Positions 1-11,124 of a DNA stretch of 64,000 nucleotides are shown here, one piece after another. The stretch is from contig CP060771.1 of assembly GCA_023205875.1 (NCBI GenBank), forward strand, positions 186,001 to 250,000, written 5' to 3'. The first letter of the stretch is position 1. Each line of letters starts with the position of its first letter. This DNA comes from Chloropicon primus (Eukaryota). The notes beneath the pieces were generated by a model that worked only from the letters and a program-made list of their open reading frames with translations, did not search any database and was not told where the DNA came from. Made by a program: the position numbers and the translations under genes.

Positions 1-170
1 ACCACCTCCGCCTCCTCCTCTGCTGGAGAATCAGCAGCAGTTTCGTTCTGATCCAAAAACCGAAACACACGACGACGACGACGACGACGTACGTCAAGGT
101 GAGTTTGAGACACGAATTCGAGGACGAGGGCGACGCGCGTAACGGAAGTAACGTCCGTGGACGGAATCTT

Positions 171-215
171 CGCTTCCTCCTCTTTCGAAAGACCCTCTCT
201 GTGGAAAGATTGGGT
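171..215 (+). promoter_or_regulatory. Copy of recurrent upstream element (tctttcgaaagaccctctctgtggaaagattgg)
   Basis: Match to the window-wide consensus, about 160 bp upstream of ATG 345. Confidence 0.6.
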
Positions 216-344
216 CACCAAAAAGAAAATGAAAAAAAAAAACTAAAACGTTTGTTTTTCATGCTTTTTCATGGTTTTGCCATGCCTCTCTCTGTCTCTC
301 TCAGTGCGAAGAAGAAGAGAAGCGCGAGGCCGAGGTCGAGGAAG

Positions 345-1011
345 ATGATCAGCACCACGGTGGCACGCCCGAGGACGCGCCACCTCGGCAGCAGCGTGAG
401 GTCGAAGAGGTTCCAGCTGCAGCAGCTTCATGGCAGAAGGGAGAGGCCTCTCCATCATCATCAGCAACAACAACGACGGTGCTTGGTCGAAGCGAGGAGC
501 AGTAAGCAAGGTTCGGGAGGTTTCTGGTCCGGTGTCCTCGTCGGTGGCACCGTGTTTGGCGTCCTTGGCTTCCTCTTTGCTCCACAGGTGTCCAGAGCTT
601 TGCTGAACAGCGAAAGGATGAAGAAGCTCTTGGGAGAAGGGAACGAGAACCTCGAGGTGAGTGAGAGTGTCGGAGAGAGGATCTAGCTCCCTTTTCCTTG
701 TTGATGCGTTGGGTGCTCGCTTGCTTGTGTTTCTGGCTGGCAAGCGGGCAAGAACAAGCAACAAACGAGAAGAAAGTGGCACGAACGAGAGTGCTCTTTC
801 CCTCAACCATGCACACACACATACACGCGCGCGCTGACACTCGGTGGCCTCTCTCATTGCGCGTGGTTCGATCTCCCTGCCTTTTCCTTTTCAGGTGACG
901 CGCGATATGCTCAACGACAAGATAAGCGAGCTGAACAGCGCAATCGATGGGGTTTCCCAGCAGCTGCAGAGCAGGACGGCCAATAAGGAGAGCCAGGTCG
1001 AGAGCTTGTAA
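345..1011 (+). CDS. Small plastid-targeted membrane protein (YtxH-like / plant chloroplast inner-envelope family); 2 exons 345-656, 895-1011
   Basis: Arg/Ser-rich transit-peptide-like N-terminus, GGFWSGVLVGGTVFGVLGFLFAPQ TM motif, donor gtgagt at 657, acceptor tttcag at 894, second exon VTRDMLNDKISELNSAIDGVS coiled coil. Confidence 0.75.
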
Positions 1012-1396
1012 CCAAGTGTGAGTGGTTGTGTAAATCTAGCTTTTTGGGGGGCGAAAAAAAAAGACCCAACTTGTTATCTACTTGCCAAACTGAAGCGCGG
1101 AAAGCAGACGAGAGGAGGTCTCCAGCAGCACCGCCTCTTCCAGGTTCTCCTTGACCCTTTCGCTCTACGGGCGACGGGCGCAGCTATGGCAGGGTGGTGG
1201 CGCGCCAGGGAAGCGTGGCGGGGAGGTTAAAACCCCCTTTCGAAATTGTCTGTCCTGAAAAGAAAACGTTTCTCTATTTGTTTAAAAGGTGGAAGGGAGG
1301 TTAAAAAACCCACAGACGTGCTCCAGGTCCTACATTTCCCTGCTCCCCCGGCGGAGTGCGCCTCAAACGCTCGCCCCTCTTCCTCGTGGTCCTCGC

Positions 1397-1801
1397 TTAG
1401 AACTCCTGGGAGACGGATCCGGAGGTCCCCTTCTTTCCTCCCTTCTTTGGGAGAAGGACGGAGTGGATGTTTGGCAACACACCACCAGCGGCGATGGTGG
1501 TATCGGAGAGCAACTTGCTCAACTCCTCATCGTTCCTGATGGCGAGCTGGATGTGCCTTGGGATGATCCTGGACTTCTTGTTGTCCCTGGCGGCGTTTCC
1601 GGCCAACTCGAGAACCTCAGCGGCGAGGTACTCGAGGACGGCGGCCAAGTACACAGGGGCACCGGATCCGATCCTGGTGGCGTACTTTCCGCTCTTCAGA
1701 TACCTTCTGACCCTTCCCACTGGGAACTGGAGTCCAGCCTTGGCGGACTTGGTCACGGCCTTCTTGCCGCTCTTTCCCTTTCCCTTTCCTCTGCCGGACA
1801 T
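1397..1801 (-). CDS. H2AX: Histone H2A, H2A.X variant
   Basis: AGLQFPVGR...[26 protein letters not shown] histone fold; C-terminal SQEF motif typical of plant/algal H2A.X. Confidence 0.97.
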   Translation of the reverse strand: MSGRGKGKGKSGKKAVTKSAKAGLQFPVGRVRRYLKSGKYATRIGSGAPVYLAAVLEYLAAEVLELAGNAARDNKKSRIIPRHIQLAIRNDEELSKLLSDTTIAAGGVLPNIHSVLLPKKGGKKGTSGSVSQEF

Positions 1802-2063
1802 GATTGCTATTCACTCGGTGACTTTTGCAAATTCAAAACTTCACTGCAAAGGCAAACAGCTTCGTCAGTCACCTCAAGAACGAATCAAAAGAAACAAACA
1901 AACCAGCAGACAGAAAGAAGGTGAAGCGGATGGGATGATCTCCGTCATCCATCGACCTCCTCCCCCTGCATCATCATCATCACCAACACCACCATCAACA
2001 ATGGGGATCAAGACAGAGAGAGAGAGAGACCGGGACCACAAAAGTTCTCGGGAACCACTTGGA

Positions 2064-2101
2064 CCAAGCGAGGGTTCTTTCGAAAGCCCTGGAGATGAAG
2101 C
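2064..2101 (-). promoter_or_regulatory. Copy of recurrent upstream element pointing at H2A.X
   Basis: caagcgagggttctttcgaaag on + strand (reverse-complement form). Confidence 0.65.
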
Positions 2102-2934
2102 TTCATTTGGCGGTGTTCTCTCCACCTCCTCTTCCCCTTCACGCTCCTCTCTTCACGCTCGAAGCGTCTTCCTTACCTCCTCGATCGACGCCGCGTGTGC
2201 TCCATCCACTGAAGCGGATTTCATTCGAATTTTTTGGCGCCAGATGGAGGGCATCGTGCACAAAGGTTGGCGGTGGCGGAGCGAGAGAGAGAGAGGGAAC
2301 AAGAATAGAACCCATCATCATCATCATCATCATCATCATCCCGAGCGAGAGGAGAGGGAGCAAGGGAGCAAGAATCTGGCGCTGATCAAGGTGCTGCTTT
2401 CCACCTCTATGGTTTACGGAGTTTCGTCTTCGTAAGAGTCTTATGTCGGTGACCCACCCAACCACCTGGTGGTGATGCACTTCACACTGATGCACTTCTG
2501 CTCATGCTCACGAGTCTAAAAGGAACTGTGTTTGCTTGCACCTGCCCTCCACTTGAGCGATCAAGGACGTTGTCTCCGCACGAAGCTCTCTCTCTCTCGT
2601 CCTGGCCCTGCTGGCGGGGGTTCGTCCTGATGATCAATGGCCTTCTTTCCCGGTTACCCCACCAAGCGAGGGTTCTTTGGAAAGAGCGAGAAGAATGCGA
2701 ATTCGCTGTCCTTCGACCTCCCACCATTCCCCTCCTCCCTCGCCATCATCACCCCCATCCTCCTCCTCACCTCCTCACCTCCTCACTTTGGTCTCTTGAT
2801 CCATAAGAATTTTTTTTTCCCTCATCCACCGTGGGGGTCGCACAAGAACGAGGTAAGACCTTTGCGACGGGGCGGACGACGAGGGCGGCGCGTGAGGCGA
2901 ATAGAGATCCAAGCAGGAGCGGTCTTCATCCTCT

Positions 2935-3015
2935 GGTCTTTCCTTGGATACCTCCCTCGAAAGTTTTGGCGCCGAAATGACGATGAAAGAGACTGTGAAG
3001 CTGAAACGCTTTTTT
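2935..3015 (+). repeat. Long (~80 bp) version of the recurrent element, shared with 17283-17360 and 17471-17545
   Basis: ttttggcgccgaaatgacgatgaaagagactg nearly identical to atttggcgcccgaatgacgatgaaagagactg at 17312 and 17500. Confidence 0.85.
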
Positions 3016-3241
3016 TTGTTTTTGTCTTTGGTTTCCCATCCAAGTTTGCCTCGCCTCGTTCTCGTAACGGACGCTCTCTTGACAGGTCACCGACTCGTTC
3101 TTGTTGTCGTTCTGCCGCTCGTCGCCATCTCTCCGGAGGATTCGGATTCGTTTCCTCCTCGACTCGACACAAACGATTTGACAGAGAGAGAGAGAGAGGA
3201 GGGGAGCAAGCGGAGGGGCTTGTCTCGTGCTCGTCTATGGT

Positions 3242-4471
3242 ATGGTGACGATGAGGAGGAGCCAAGTGCAGGTGTGGAGCGGCGTGGCGAGCGGTGGGCT
3301 GGGAGGCCTAGGCCTGGGCGGGTGGTCGAGCGCTTGCCGGAGGCGGAGGGAGGTGGGCAACCCTGTGGGAGGCTTGGGGACGACTTGCTCCGGAGGGAGA
3401 GAAGGAAGAGAGGCGAGTGTGAGGTGCCAGCTCGGCACGGCCTCGTGCTCCACGTCCACGATGGTGGCAGGAAAGGGGCAGGTTCTCGCCCAAAAGGTGA
3501 AGAGGAGCACGGTCGCCAGGGCTTCTCCCAGCGAGGGTGAGCCCGAGGCCGGTGACAGCTACGTCCCTTACCCGTTCGACAAGGACGAGTACATCGAGGT
3601 CGCCATGCAGCTCCTGCACCCGCAGAGGGTCGCGGGGGAGGTGCAGCAAGCGACCTTGATTCTGTATTCCAGGGAGGGAAACTTCTTAGACATGGTGAAG
3701 GACCAAACGGGCGAGGGTGAGATCGACTTGCCCGAAGGCGCGTCGGAGGACGAGAACATGGCGATACTGTCGAAGATCAAGGACGAAAAGTGCCTCGTGG
3801 TAGAGATTGGGGGGGACACAGTGTCCAACATCTCGGCAACGCTGGAGTCCACCAAATTTTCCCGCCCCTTGGCCTTGGACTTGCTTTGGCAGATTCTTGA
3901 GAGGGGCCAGGCAATCAGCAACAGCGACTGGGCGCTTGTGAGGGTCGCCATTGTGGATCTCCGGGGCGGGACCTTCATCGGAAGACTGTTTTTCGGGGAC
4001 AGGGACGTGGGTAAGATCTACTGGGACTGCGATTGCAGACCGAGTGACGGGGTCTGGCTTGCCCTGCAGTCCAAGTGCCCCGTGTATGTCAGCAAGAGCG
4101 TTTGGGACCTCGCGGCCGTGCCCTTGTCCAAGTTGGTCGCGATGTCTGATGACCAGGACCTTGAGGGTAACGCTCAGCAGATGTTCTTCTCGGATGAGGA
4201 CGCCATCGAGCTCGAAGGGGACGCGGAGATGCCTCACTTGGGCCTCAAGCACGAAGATCCCGAGCCCATCAAGAGGTTGAAGAGGGAGCTCAAGGTGGCC
4301 CTGACCGAGGAAGATTACAAGGACGCCGTGAGGATAAGGGACCACCCTTTCATGATCCTGTACAACAAGATTGAGAAGCACAGGGAGGAGGGAAATATTG
4401 AGGACGCGGAGATTCTAAGCGAAGAGCTGAGGAGGGCCATCGCGGAGAGCGGAGAGCCTGACATTGAATGA
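3242..4471 (+). CDS. Bifunctional nuclease family protein (DUF151/BFN domain + UVR domain), probably organelle-targeted
   Basis: RPLALDLL and DCRPSDGVWLAL BFN motifs; LKRELKVALTEEDYKDAVRIRD UVR motif; start at ATG 3242 or 3251. Confidence 0.85.
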   Translation: MVTMRRSQVQVWSGVASGGLGGLGLGGWSSACRRRREVGNPVGGLGTTCSGGREGREASVRCQLGTASCSTSTMVAGKGQVLAQKVKRSTVARASPSEGEPEAGDSYVPYPFDKDEYIEVAMQLLHPQRVAGEVQQATLILYSREGNFLDMVKDQTGEGEIDLPEGASEDENMAILSKIKDEKCLVVEIGGDTVSNISATLESTKFSRPLALDLLWQILERGQAISNSDWALVRVAIVDLRGGTFIGRLFFGDRDVGKIYWDCDCRPSDGVWLALQSKCPVYVSKSVWDLAAVPLSKLVAMSDDQDLEGNAQQMFFSDEDAIELEGDAEMPHLGLKHEDPEPIKRLKRELKVALTEEDYKDAVRIRDHPFMILYNKIEKHREEGNIEDAEILSEELRRAIAESGEPDIE

Positions 4472-4539
4472 CTCGGCCTCTTGTCATCCTGCAATACCAA
4501 CGAACAACAAAAAAGCCAAATAAACAAGATTATTCTACT

Positions 4540-5834
4540 TTATCCCCTCCCCCTTCGAGCCGTCTTGTTAATCTCTGTCGTCAAAACGATAGCTTCCGGT
4601 TTTAGCTGCTTCTTTACGTCGGCGCTCTCGTCTTCCCTCTTCCTGCGGACAGGGACGGCGGTGTTCCTCTTGCTCGTCAACCTCTGCAACCTTTTTTCCA
4701 ACTTGTTGTTGCGCCTGCTGACATTGTCGTGAACGACGTACACGAACACGATTCCCAGGGCATAACACCCAGTCCTGAACATGTTTCCCCTCTTTTCTGG
4801 ACTCTTGCGGCTGCGATGCGAAGGCCGAGGGGAAGGCCGAGGTACGTTTCTCCTTGGGGACGGCCGAGGTGCGCTACTCCCCTGCATTTTCTCGGCCCCG
4901 GCGTTAACAAGCCTAGCTGCACCCTTCACGGCTTTCACGGATACTGCAACGACATAATCGCTGCATGTGGAGACGTCTTCGATGACCTGAAGCACCCCGG
5001 AGAGACCCCATTTGATGAGACGGGCGGCCACCCGTCCTCTCCTACGCAGGAAAGATCCCATGCCCTTGACAGCTTCTGTGCCGACCTCACCAACCTTGGC
5101 TGGGGACACCGAAAGTCTTCTGCCGCTCGGCCCAGAAAGGCCATCCGTTCGGTAGCCGCCCCTGACGCTGCCGCTCTCGCTGCCCTCCAAGTCCAAGTCT
5201 TGGCCCTCCCCTAACGAATCGCGGGGGCCATGCTCCTCACCGGGTGGTTGCTCAAACTGCGGTGCCAAGGGCACGGGCCCGGAGGTGCTTGGCTCGTCCA
5301 TGGAGCTGTCCACCTTGAGAGGAACGGTGTGAGAACCCATGTTGTACTGGTACATGTTGTCCAAGAGTTGCATCCTGGCTTCCCACAACCTGCAGAACGG
5401 AGCGCGTCGTTGTGTCATCATGTCAGTCATCAATCATCAGTCGTGAAAGATGATGAGAACCGCCCGCAAAACTTACTTCTGCTTGGCCACGGCATAGTCT
5501 CTCTTGTACTTGGCGATCTCCTTTTCGCTCTGATAGGCTTCGCTGCGCCGCTTCTTCAGCTGTCCATACTTTTCGTCCTTGAGCTTGAGGTACTTCTCCT
5601 CGAACTCTTTGATCCGGCGTATTCGCTCCAGCTCCAGCTGCTCCAGTTGATGCTGGGGAGGGAGGAGGGCAAGAACGGAGGCAGACCAGCCAGTCAGTTC
5701 ATCGAAAGAGCCCTTCTCGGTGCCTGGACATCCTGGCGAAGAGTTGAACATACCGACTTTTCAGGCGTAACGTGTTGAGATAACCTCTGGTAAACTTCCT
5801 CATAGTCCTTGTTTGGGGAAGACCTGGACGACAT
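4540..5834 (-). CDS. Hypothetical coiled-coil protein with C-terminal hydrophobic segment; exons 5834-5754, 5652-5477, 5389-4540
   Basis: Frame-consistent splicing through gtatgt/gtaagt donors, ctgac branch sites and cag acceptors; no family recognised. Confidence 0.65.
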
Positions 5835-6634
5835 GGTCGCGTAGGTATCAAGTCACACCCGAGGTGTCCCGAGGCCGACGAGGGACTGGGAAGAGGAGTA
5901 TTGCTTGCTTGAGGGAGCAGACCTCGCGTTTCAGTTCCTCAAAGCCTCACCACGACGTCACTCCCTTCGAGCGAGACCACGTCTGACAAGATCCAAAGCC
6001 ATGATGAACCACGACTCGCTCCTTTGCTGAAAGTGCCCCCACACTCGCAGAGTCTTGCCTCCCTGGCTTCAGTGTGCAACCAAACCAAAGGAAACAGCAG
6101 CTTGTTTTAGTCCTAACTCCGTCACCAGAGCATCGTTTGTTTCAAGCGAGGAATCTTTCGAAAGCTTGCAAGATGGTGCGTCCATCCATACCCCACTACA
6201 TTGCCTCCCTTTTCGTCTTGAACCCTTGCATCATCGATAACTTACCTCCCTCCCCCCTTGTGACAGTTTTGTCCTTCCCTTGGGATCAGAGCACCTCAGA
6301 AAAAAAAGGAGCTTTCGACGGCGGAGAGAGAGAGAGAGAGAGAGAGAGAGGGAAACGCAGAGCAAGGGCGGGAAGGGACGTCGGAAGAGGAGGGAGAGAG
6401 TCGTGCAGTCGAAAGGATCATCTTATCCTCTTTCGAACAAGCCGTCGCACGAAAGAAACGACGCAGTGGGCGAGGATTTGAAGCGAGGAAGGGACTCAGT
6501 CACTCGACAGGAGGGAGAGAGAGAGGAGGAGGAGGAGTGCCAGTGCTTCGTTTTTGGAGAAAGGATAGGAATCCTCCCTGTCGGTTATACCGGTTGGTTT
6601 GTAACGGACGCGCGGGGAAGCGTTACGGGTCGCG

Positions 6635-8074
6635 ATGACGGAGGCAGACGACACGACGCAGGCTCCTATCGAGGTGGAGAGCATGTGTCCACGTTGTGAG
6701 AAGAATGGGACAACTCGGTTGTTGATGATGGACATCCCACACTTCAGAGAGATTGTCCTGATGGCGTTTGAGTGTCCTCACTGCGGAGAGAGGAACAGCG
6801 AGGTTCAGTTCGCTGGATTGATTGGAGAGAAGGGGAGGAAGTACACCCTCGAGGTGGAGGTAGGAGACTTGAGAGGTATCAACAGGCAGGTTGTCAAGTC
6901 AGACCACGCGACGTTGACTGTGCCTGAGTTGGAGTTCGAGATTGAGGCCGGGACCCAGAAGGCTCAGCTGACGACGGTGGAGGGAATCATGTCGAGCGCG
7001 TCGAAGAACCTGCAGACGCACCAGGAGGAGAGGCGAAAGCAGTATCCCGAAGTCGCGGCGAAGATTGACGCGTTCTGTGAGAAGCTTGACAAGTGCGCTC
7101 GTGCCGAGATGGCGTTTACTCTGGAGGTGAGTGATCCCAGCGGAAACAGCTACATCGAGAGCTACGAGCAGGACCTGGCGAAGGACGAGCACCTTTCCGT
7201 GAGCTACTTTGAGAGGACGAAGGAGCAGAGCAAGGCTATGGGAATGAAAGTGGAGGAGGAGGACGATGGGCAGCCTCCTCCGGAGATCTCCCCCGACGAT
7301 CCTTACCACGGCCCGAACTCCAGGGGTATTGTGGCCCCTGGCGCCGCGGTGGCGAGGGGCCAAGAGGGCGAGGTCGCCAAGTTGATGGGAAAGTACACGG
7401 CGCCGGAGGAAGTGATGACCTTCCCGGGATCCTGCCACGCCTGCGGTGCGGACGCGGAGACGAGAATGTTCGTCACGAACATTCCTTTCTTCGGCGAGGT
7501 CATCGTCATGTCCAACTCGTGCGACGAGTGCGGCTACAAGAACTCAGAGGTGAAGCCGGGAGGCGGCGTGCCTGAGAAGGGGCACAGGATCACCCTGGAA
7601 GTTGTGGACGAGATTGACATGAACAGGGACGTCATTAAGTCTGACTCGGCCAGCGTCAGCATCCCGGCTCTGGAGCTCACGACCAACCTCGGCGCTATGG
7701 GCGGCATCGTCACGACGGTCGAGGGCCTTCTCAAGGAGATAGAGAAGACCATGAAGTCCACGAGCCGGTTTCAGATTGGAGACAGCGCGAACACGGAGGA
7801 CAAGGAGAAGTGGGAGAAGTGGCTGGGAAGGTTCTCGGACTTGATTCAGCTCAAGGAGACTTTTACTGTCGAGCTGGATGATCCCCTCGCCCACTGCTTC
7901 GTCACCCCTCTGGAGGATAACCCCGCCGACGACAAGAGGCTGAAGGTCGTGGAGTACGAGAGGACCCCGGAGCAGGACTTGGAGTTCGGAATCACCCAGA
8001 TGCGAATGAGCGAGGAGCTGATGGAGCAGGAGCAGAAGAAGACCGAGAAGGAGGAGCTCGCCACCATCGATTAA
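6635..8074 (+). CDS. ZPR1: Zinc finger protein ZPR1
   Basis: Two C4 zinc fingers (CPRC..CPHCG; CHAC..CDECG), each followed by the ZPR1 A/B domain (IPHFREIV, TTVEG, DPSGNSYI). Confidence 0.96.
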   Translation: MTEADDTTQAPIEVESMCPRCEKNGTTRLLMMDIPHFREIVLMAFECPHCGERNSEVQFAGLIGEKGRKYTLEVEVGDLRGINRQVVKSDHATLTVPELEFEIEAGTQKAQLTTVEGIMSSASKNLQTHQEERRKQYPEVAAKIDAFCEKLDKCARAEMAFTLEVSDPSGNSYIESYEQDLAKDEHLSVSYFERTKEQSKAMGMKVEEEDDGQPPPEISPDDPYHGPNSRGIVAPGAAVARGQEGEVAKLMGKYTAPEEVMTFPGSCHACGADAETRMFVTNIPFFGEVIVMSNSCDECGYKNSEVKPGGGVPEKGHRITLEVVDEIDMNRDVIKSDSASVSIPALELTTNLGAMGGIVTTVEGLLKEIEKTMKSTSRFQIGDSANTEDKEKWEKWLGRFSDLIQLKETFTVELDDPLAHCFVTPLEDNPADDKRLKVVEYERTPEQDLEFGITQMRMSEELMEQEQKKTEKEELATID

Positions 8075-8324
8075 GTAAAGGGAAAACCTTCTATTTATTG
8101 TACTTGTATGAACCGAAACACGCTTAAGAGACCGACTGTCAATCCCGCATGTGCATGCGCACTGAAGGGAGGAGGTGGGGAGGCAAAAAAAACGGTTCCG
8201 TGGAATGCACCTCCTTGCCTTGGCCTCAATCCTGCAAGGCCTCCGACCTCCCATCGCATCGGTCACCTCATCTCTCGAAAAGGAGAAAGGCCCCCTCAAT
8301 CCAATTGGGGTTTCATCAATCACC

Positions 8325-10644
8325 ATGCAAGCTCCCGGATTGAGAAAGAAGACCACAAAGGTAAGGCTTGTGAGGCCGAGTGGAAGAGAGGATTGAGACG
8401 AGAGCAAGGAACACCAATTGATTCCTCATCTCTCGAGCTTTCGAAAGAGCCCTCACTTGATGCGAGAGACGTCGTGGTGAGGTTATGAGACACTAAATCA
8501 ACAGTGTGTTTTGTCCTGTTTTGGGTTTGGCAGGCCACAGGCGCCACGAGGACGGGCCTGGCCTCCAAGGAAACGAAGAAGCCCGGTGCTGCAAACCTTG
8601 CCGCTGGCTTGTCTCTCAACATGAGGTCAGTAGACGCAACTCCATCATCCCACACACGCGTTGTCCAACAGATTGCATCATCACCCAAGTTGGTGTTGGT
8701 GAGCAAGATGAAGATGATTTGATGATGAATGTTGATGTCACCACGATGTTGGCGGGACTTTCTCCTCCCCTGGAGGTGCAGATCCCTCAGCGGTGATCTA
8801 TATTTGCCAAAGGTGCCATCTTTGTGCCGACCTTTGGCCGTTACTAACCAATCAATAACGCTTTTCTGTTGTGTGTCTGTGTGTGTCTGTGGAACAGTGT
8901 GAAGGGAACCTCTCCTGTGCCGAAGAAGACGAGTGCAAGCAAGTCTACGACGAGCAAGGCTTCGACATCGTTGACTAAGAAGCGGACGACGACGAGTACC
9001 CAGTCTGGTTCAAGCACCAGAGCGGCTGGATCCAAGGCGAAGGCCGGTACCGGTCTGAAGAAGGGGACTGGGCTGAAGAAGAAGGTGGCGAAGAAGGGGC
9101 CAACTGCGGAGGAGTTGGAGCTGCAGAAGAAGCAGAATGAGGCGGCCTTGGTCATCCAGAGCAGCTTCAAGAGCTTCAAGGTGAAGAAGGAGGAGAAGAT
9201 TGCGAGGGAGAAGCGCGAGCAGATGGAGAGGGACATGGAGGAGCTGAGGAAGCAGGCTTGGTTGGCGGAGATTGAGCGGCAGCGGAAGATCGATGCGGAG
9301 CGGCGGAAGAAGATGATGGAGGAGGCGAAGAGGCGCAAGGAGGAGGTCAGCCTGAGGAAGAAGCTCCTGGAGATGGCCTACGACGGAGAGACTGATGAGT
9401 TGGAGAAGACTTGGTCCAGGGCCAGAGAGGTTTTCAAGGGCGATGCATGCGTGGAAGTCGCGGACGGCCACGGCACGACCTTGCTCTCCGAGGCCTCGGC
9501 TGGGGGCCAGACGGAGTGCGTCAAGTGGCTCGTCGAGAAGGGTGCCCACCCAAACAGCCTCGGGGAGTTCGGCAGGACCCCCATCTGGCGTGCATGCTTC
9601 TTGGGCCACGCGGATTGCGTCCGGGAGTTGCTGGAGAGCGGCGGTGACCCGAGGCTCGCTTCAGAGTCTGGGGAGGTGGCGAAGAACGTGGCGAGCACGG
9701 ACGAGATCAAGGCGATCTTGGAGGAGTGGGACGAGGCCAAGACCGACGACCTGATCGCCAAGTTCGAGAAGAGGATGGAGGAGAAGGCCTTGGAGGACCA
9801 GAAGCAGAAGGAGGAGATGATGGAGGGCCTCGGTCGTGACGTGGAGACCGCCCAGATCGAGAACGACCAGATGCAAAAGCTTCTGAGAAACGCCCACCAG
9901 GAGCTGGAGAAGAGAATCTTCGAGTACGACACTTGCGTGGGGGAGGGCAAGCCCCAGACACTGCTTGACGCGGCGCTGACCGCAGTCAAGGAGGCGGAGG
10001 GCAACCTGGAGCAGGCCAAGACCAAGGCCAACGTGGCGAGGGAGACGTTGCAGATGTGCAAGTTGACCCTGAGGGAGAAGGAGCACGAGATGTCCGGCCA
10101 GGAGGGAGCAGGAGGCGATGGGGAGGAGGAGGTGGGCATCTACGTGGAGATGAAGGACTTGGACGACGTCCTGATCAAGGACGTGGGGGACAAGGTCAAG
10201 TCAAGCGGCAGGGCCGTCTGCTGCATCGACATCTCCAAGCAGGCCTCCGTCTTCCTCCGGTACCTGGACACGAACTACGTCAACTGCCTGTCGAGGTCCC
10301 ACATGGACGCGGACAGGCTGAGGCGGTCCATCGTGGGCTCGATCCGGTACGGCAAGCCCCTGATCCTGGACCTCATGGACGTGGACGTGTGGGAGTCCGT
10401 TTGCTTCGATCTGGAGCTCATCAAGAAGGGCCTGGTCGCCATGCTCCTGGACCGCTCGATCCTCCAGGAGGAGAACTACATGTCCCTCGTCAAGGAGTCG
10501 GACGGGGAGGAGTACCACGTCACCAAGTTCCAGGACGACCGGATCGACAAGTTCAAGGTCATCCTCCTGACCTCCGAGAGGTTCCCCAGCAAGGAGATCA
10601 CCGACCAGACCTACTGCGTCAGGGTCGTCATCAAGGGCAGCTAA
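8325..10644 (+). CDS. IQ motif and ankyrin repeat protein (IQANK1-like); exons 8325-8360, 8534-8625, 8898-10644
   Basis: AALVIQSSFKSFK IQ motif, ankyrin repeats (GTTLLSEAS, GRTPIWRAC), coiled coil, C-terminal IDISKQA..IRYGKPLILDL domain; frame-consistent introns. Confidence 0.8.
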
Positions 10645-11124
10645 GTGTAGAGGCGGACGAGGAAGAAGAAGAACAAGAAGAGCAAGGTTTGAATTATTTT
10701 TTGTAACAAGACAACGCACAGACGTAGATATGATGCTGAGCTGAGAATGGTGTTGTTGTTTTTTTCCTGCGAGATGGAAAGGCACCCTTAGTTTTGTGCA
10801 AAGGTCGTTTCAGTTTGAGTTTCTCGAAATGACCATTCCGCCCTTAGCAAGCAAGCAAGCTCGCGAGCAAGGGCAGCTCGTACTAACAAACGCGTGTGCA
10901 ACCCTGAGGATCATCGCCGCGAGGGCGGGCCTGACCCACCTGACCCAGCTCTCTCTCCCGTCCCTGTGATCTCCATGATCTTCATCTCCAACATCTTATC
11001 CTCTCGAAAAAAGCGCGCCATTTGAGAGGCGGAGATCAGTCGTGACTCACCCACGTGCGCGCGAAGCATCACGACGACGAGGACGACGACGACAACGACG
11101 ACGAGGACGACGACGACGAGTGGC

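Noticed and set aside
830..885. ggttcgatctccc resembling a tRNA T-loop / B box
   Set aside because: It lies in an intron next to the acceptor, and I could not build a cloverleaf or acceptor stem.
1075..1165. Short - strand reading SERVKENLEEAVLLETSSRLLSALQFGK after a tag acceptor, downstream of H2A.X
   Set aside because: No matching donor or start found; too short to support.
2400..2425. ccgtaaacc on the - strand as a possible telomerase RNA template; ggtggaaagcagcacc as an SRP helix-8 mimic
   Set aside because: The template would imply a TTTACGG telomere that I cannot support, and the SRP-like stem does not pair correctly.
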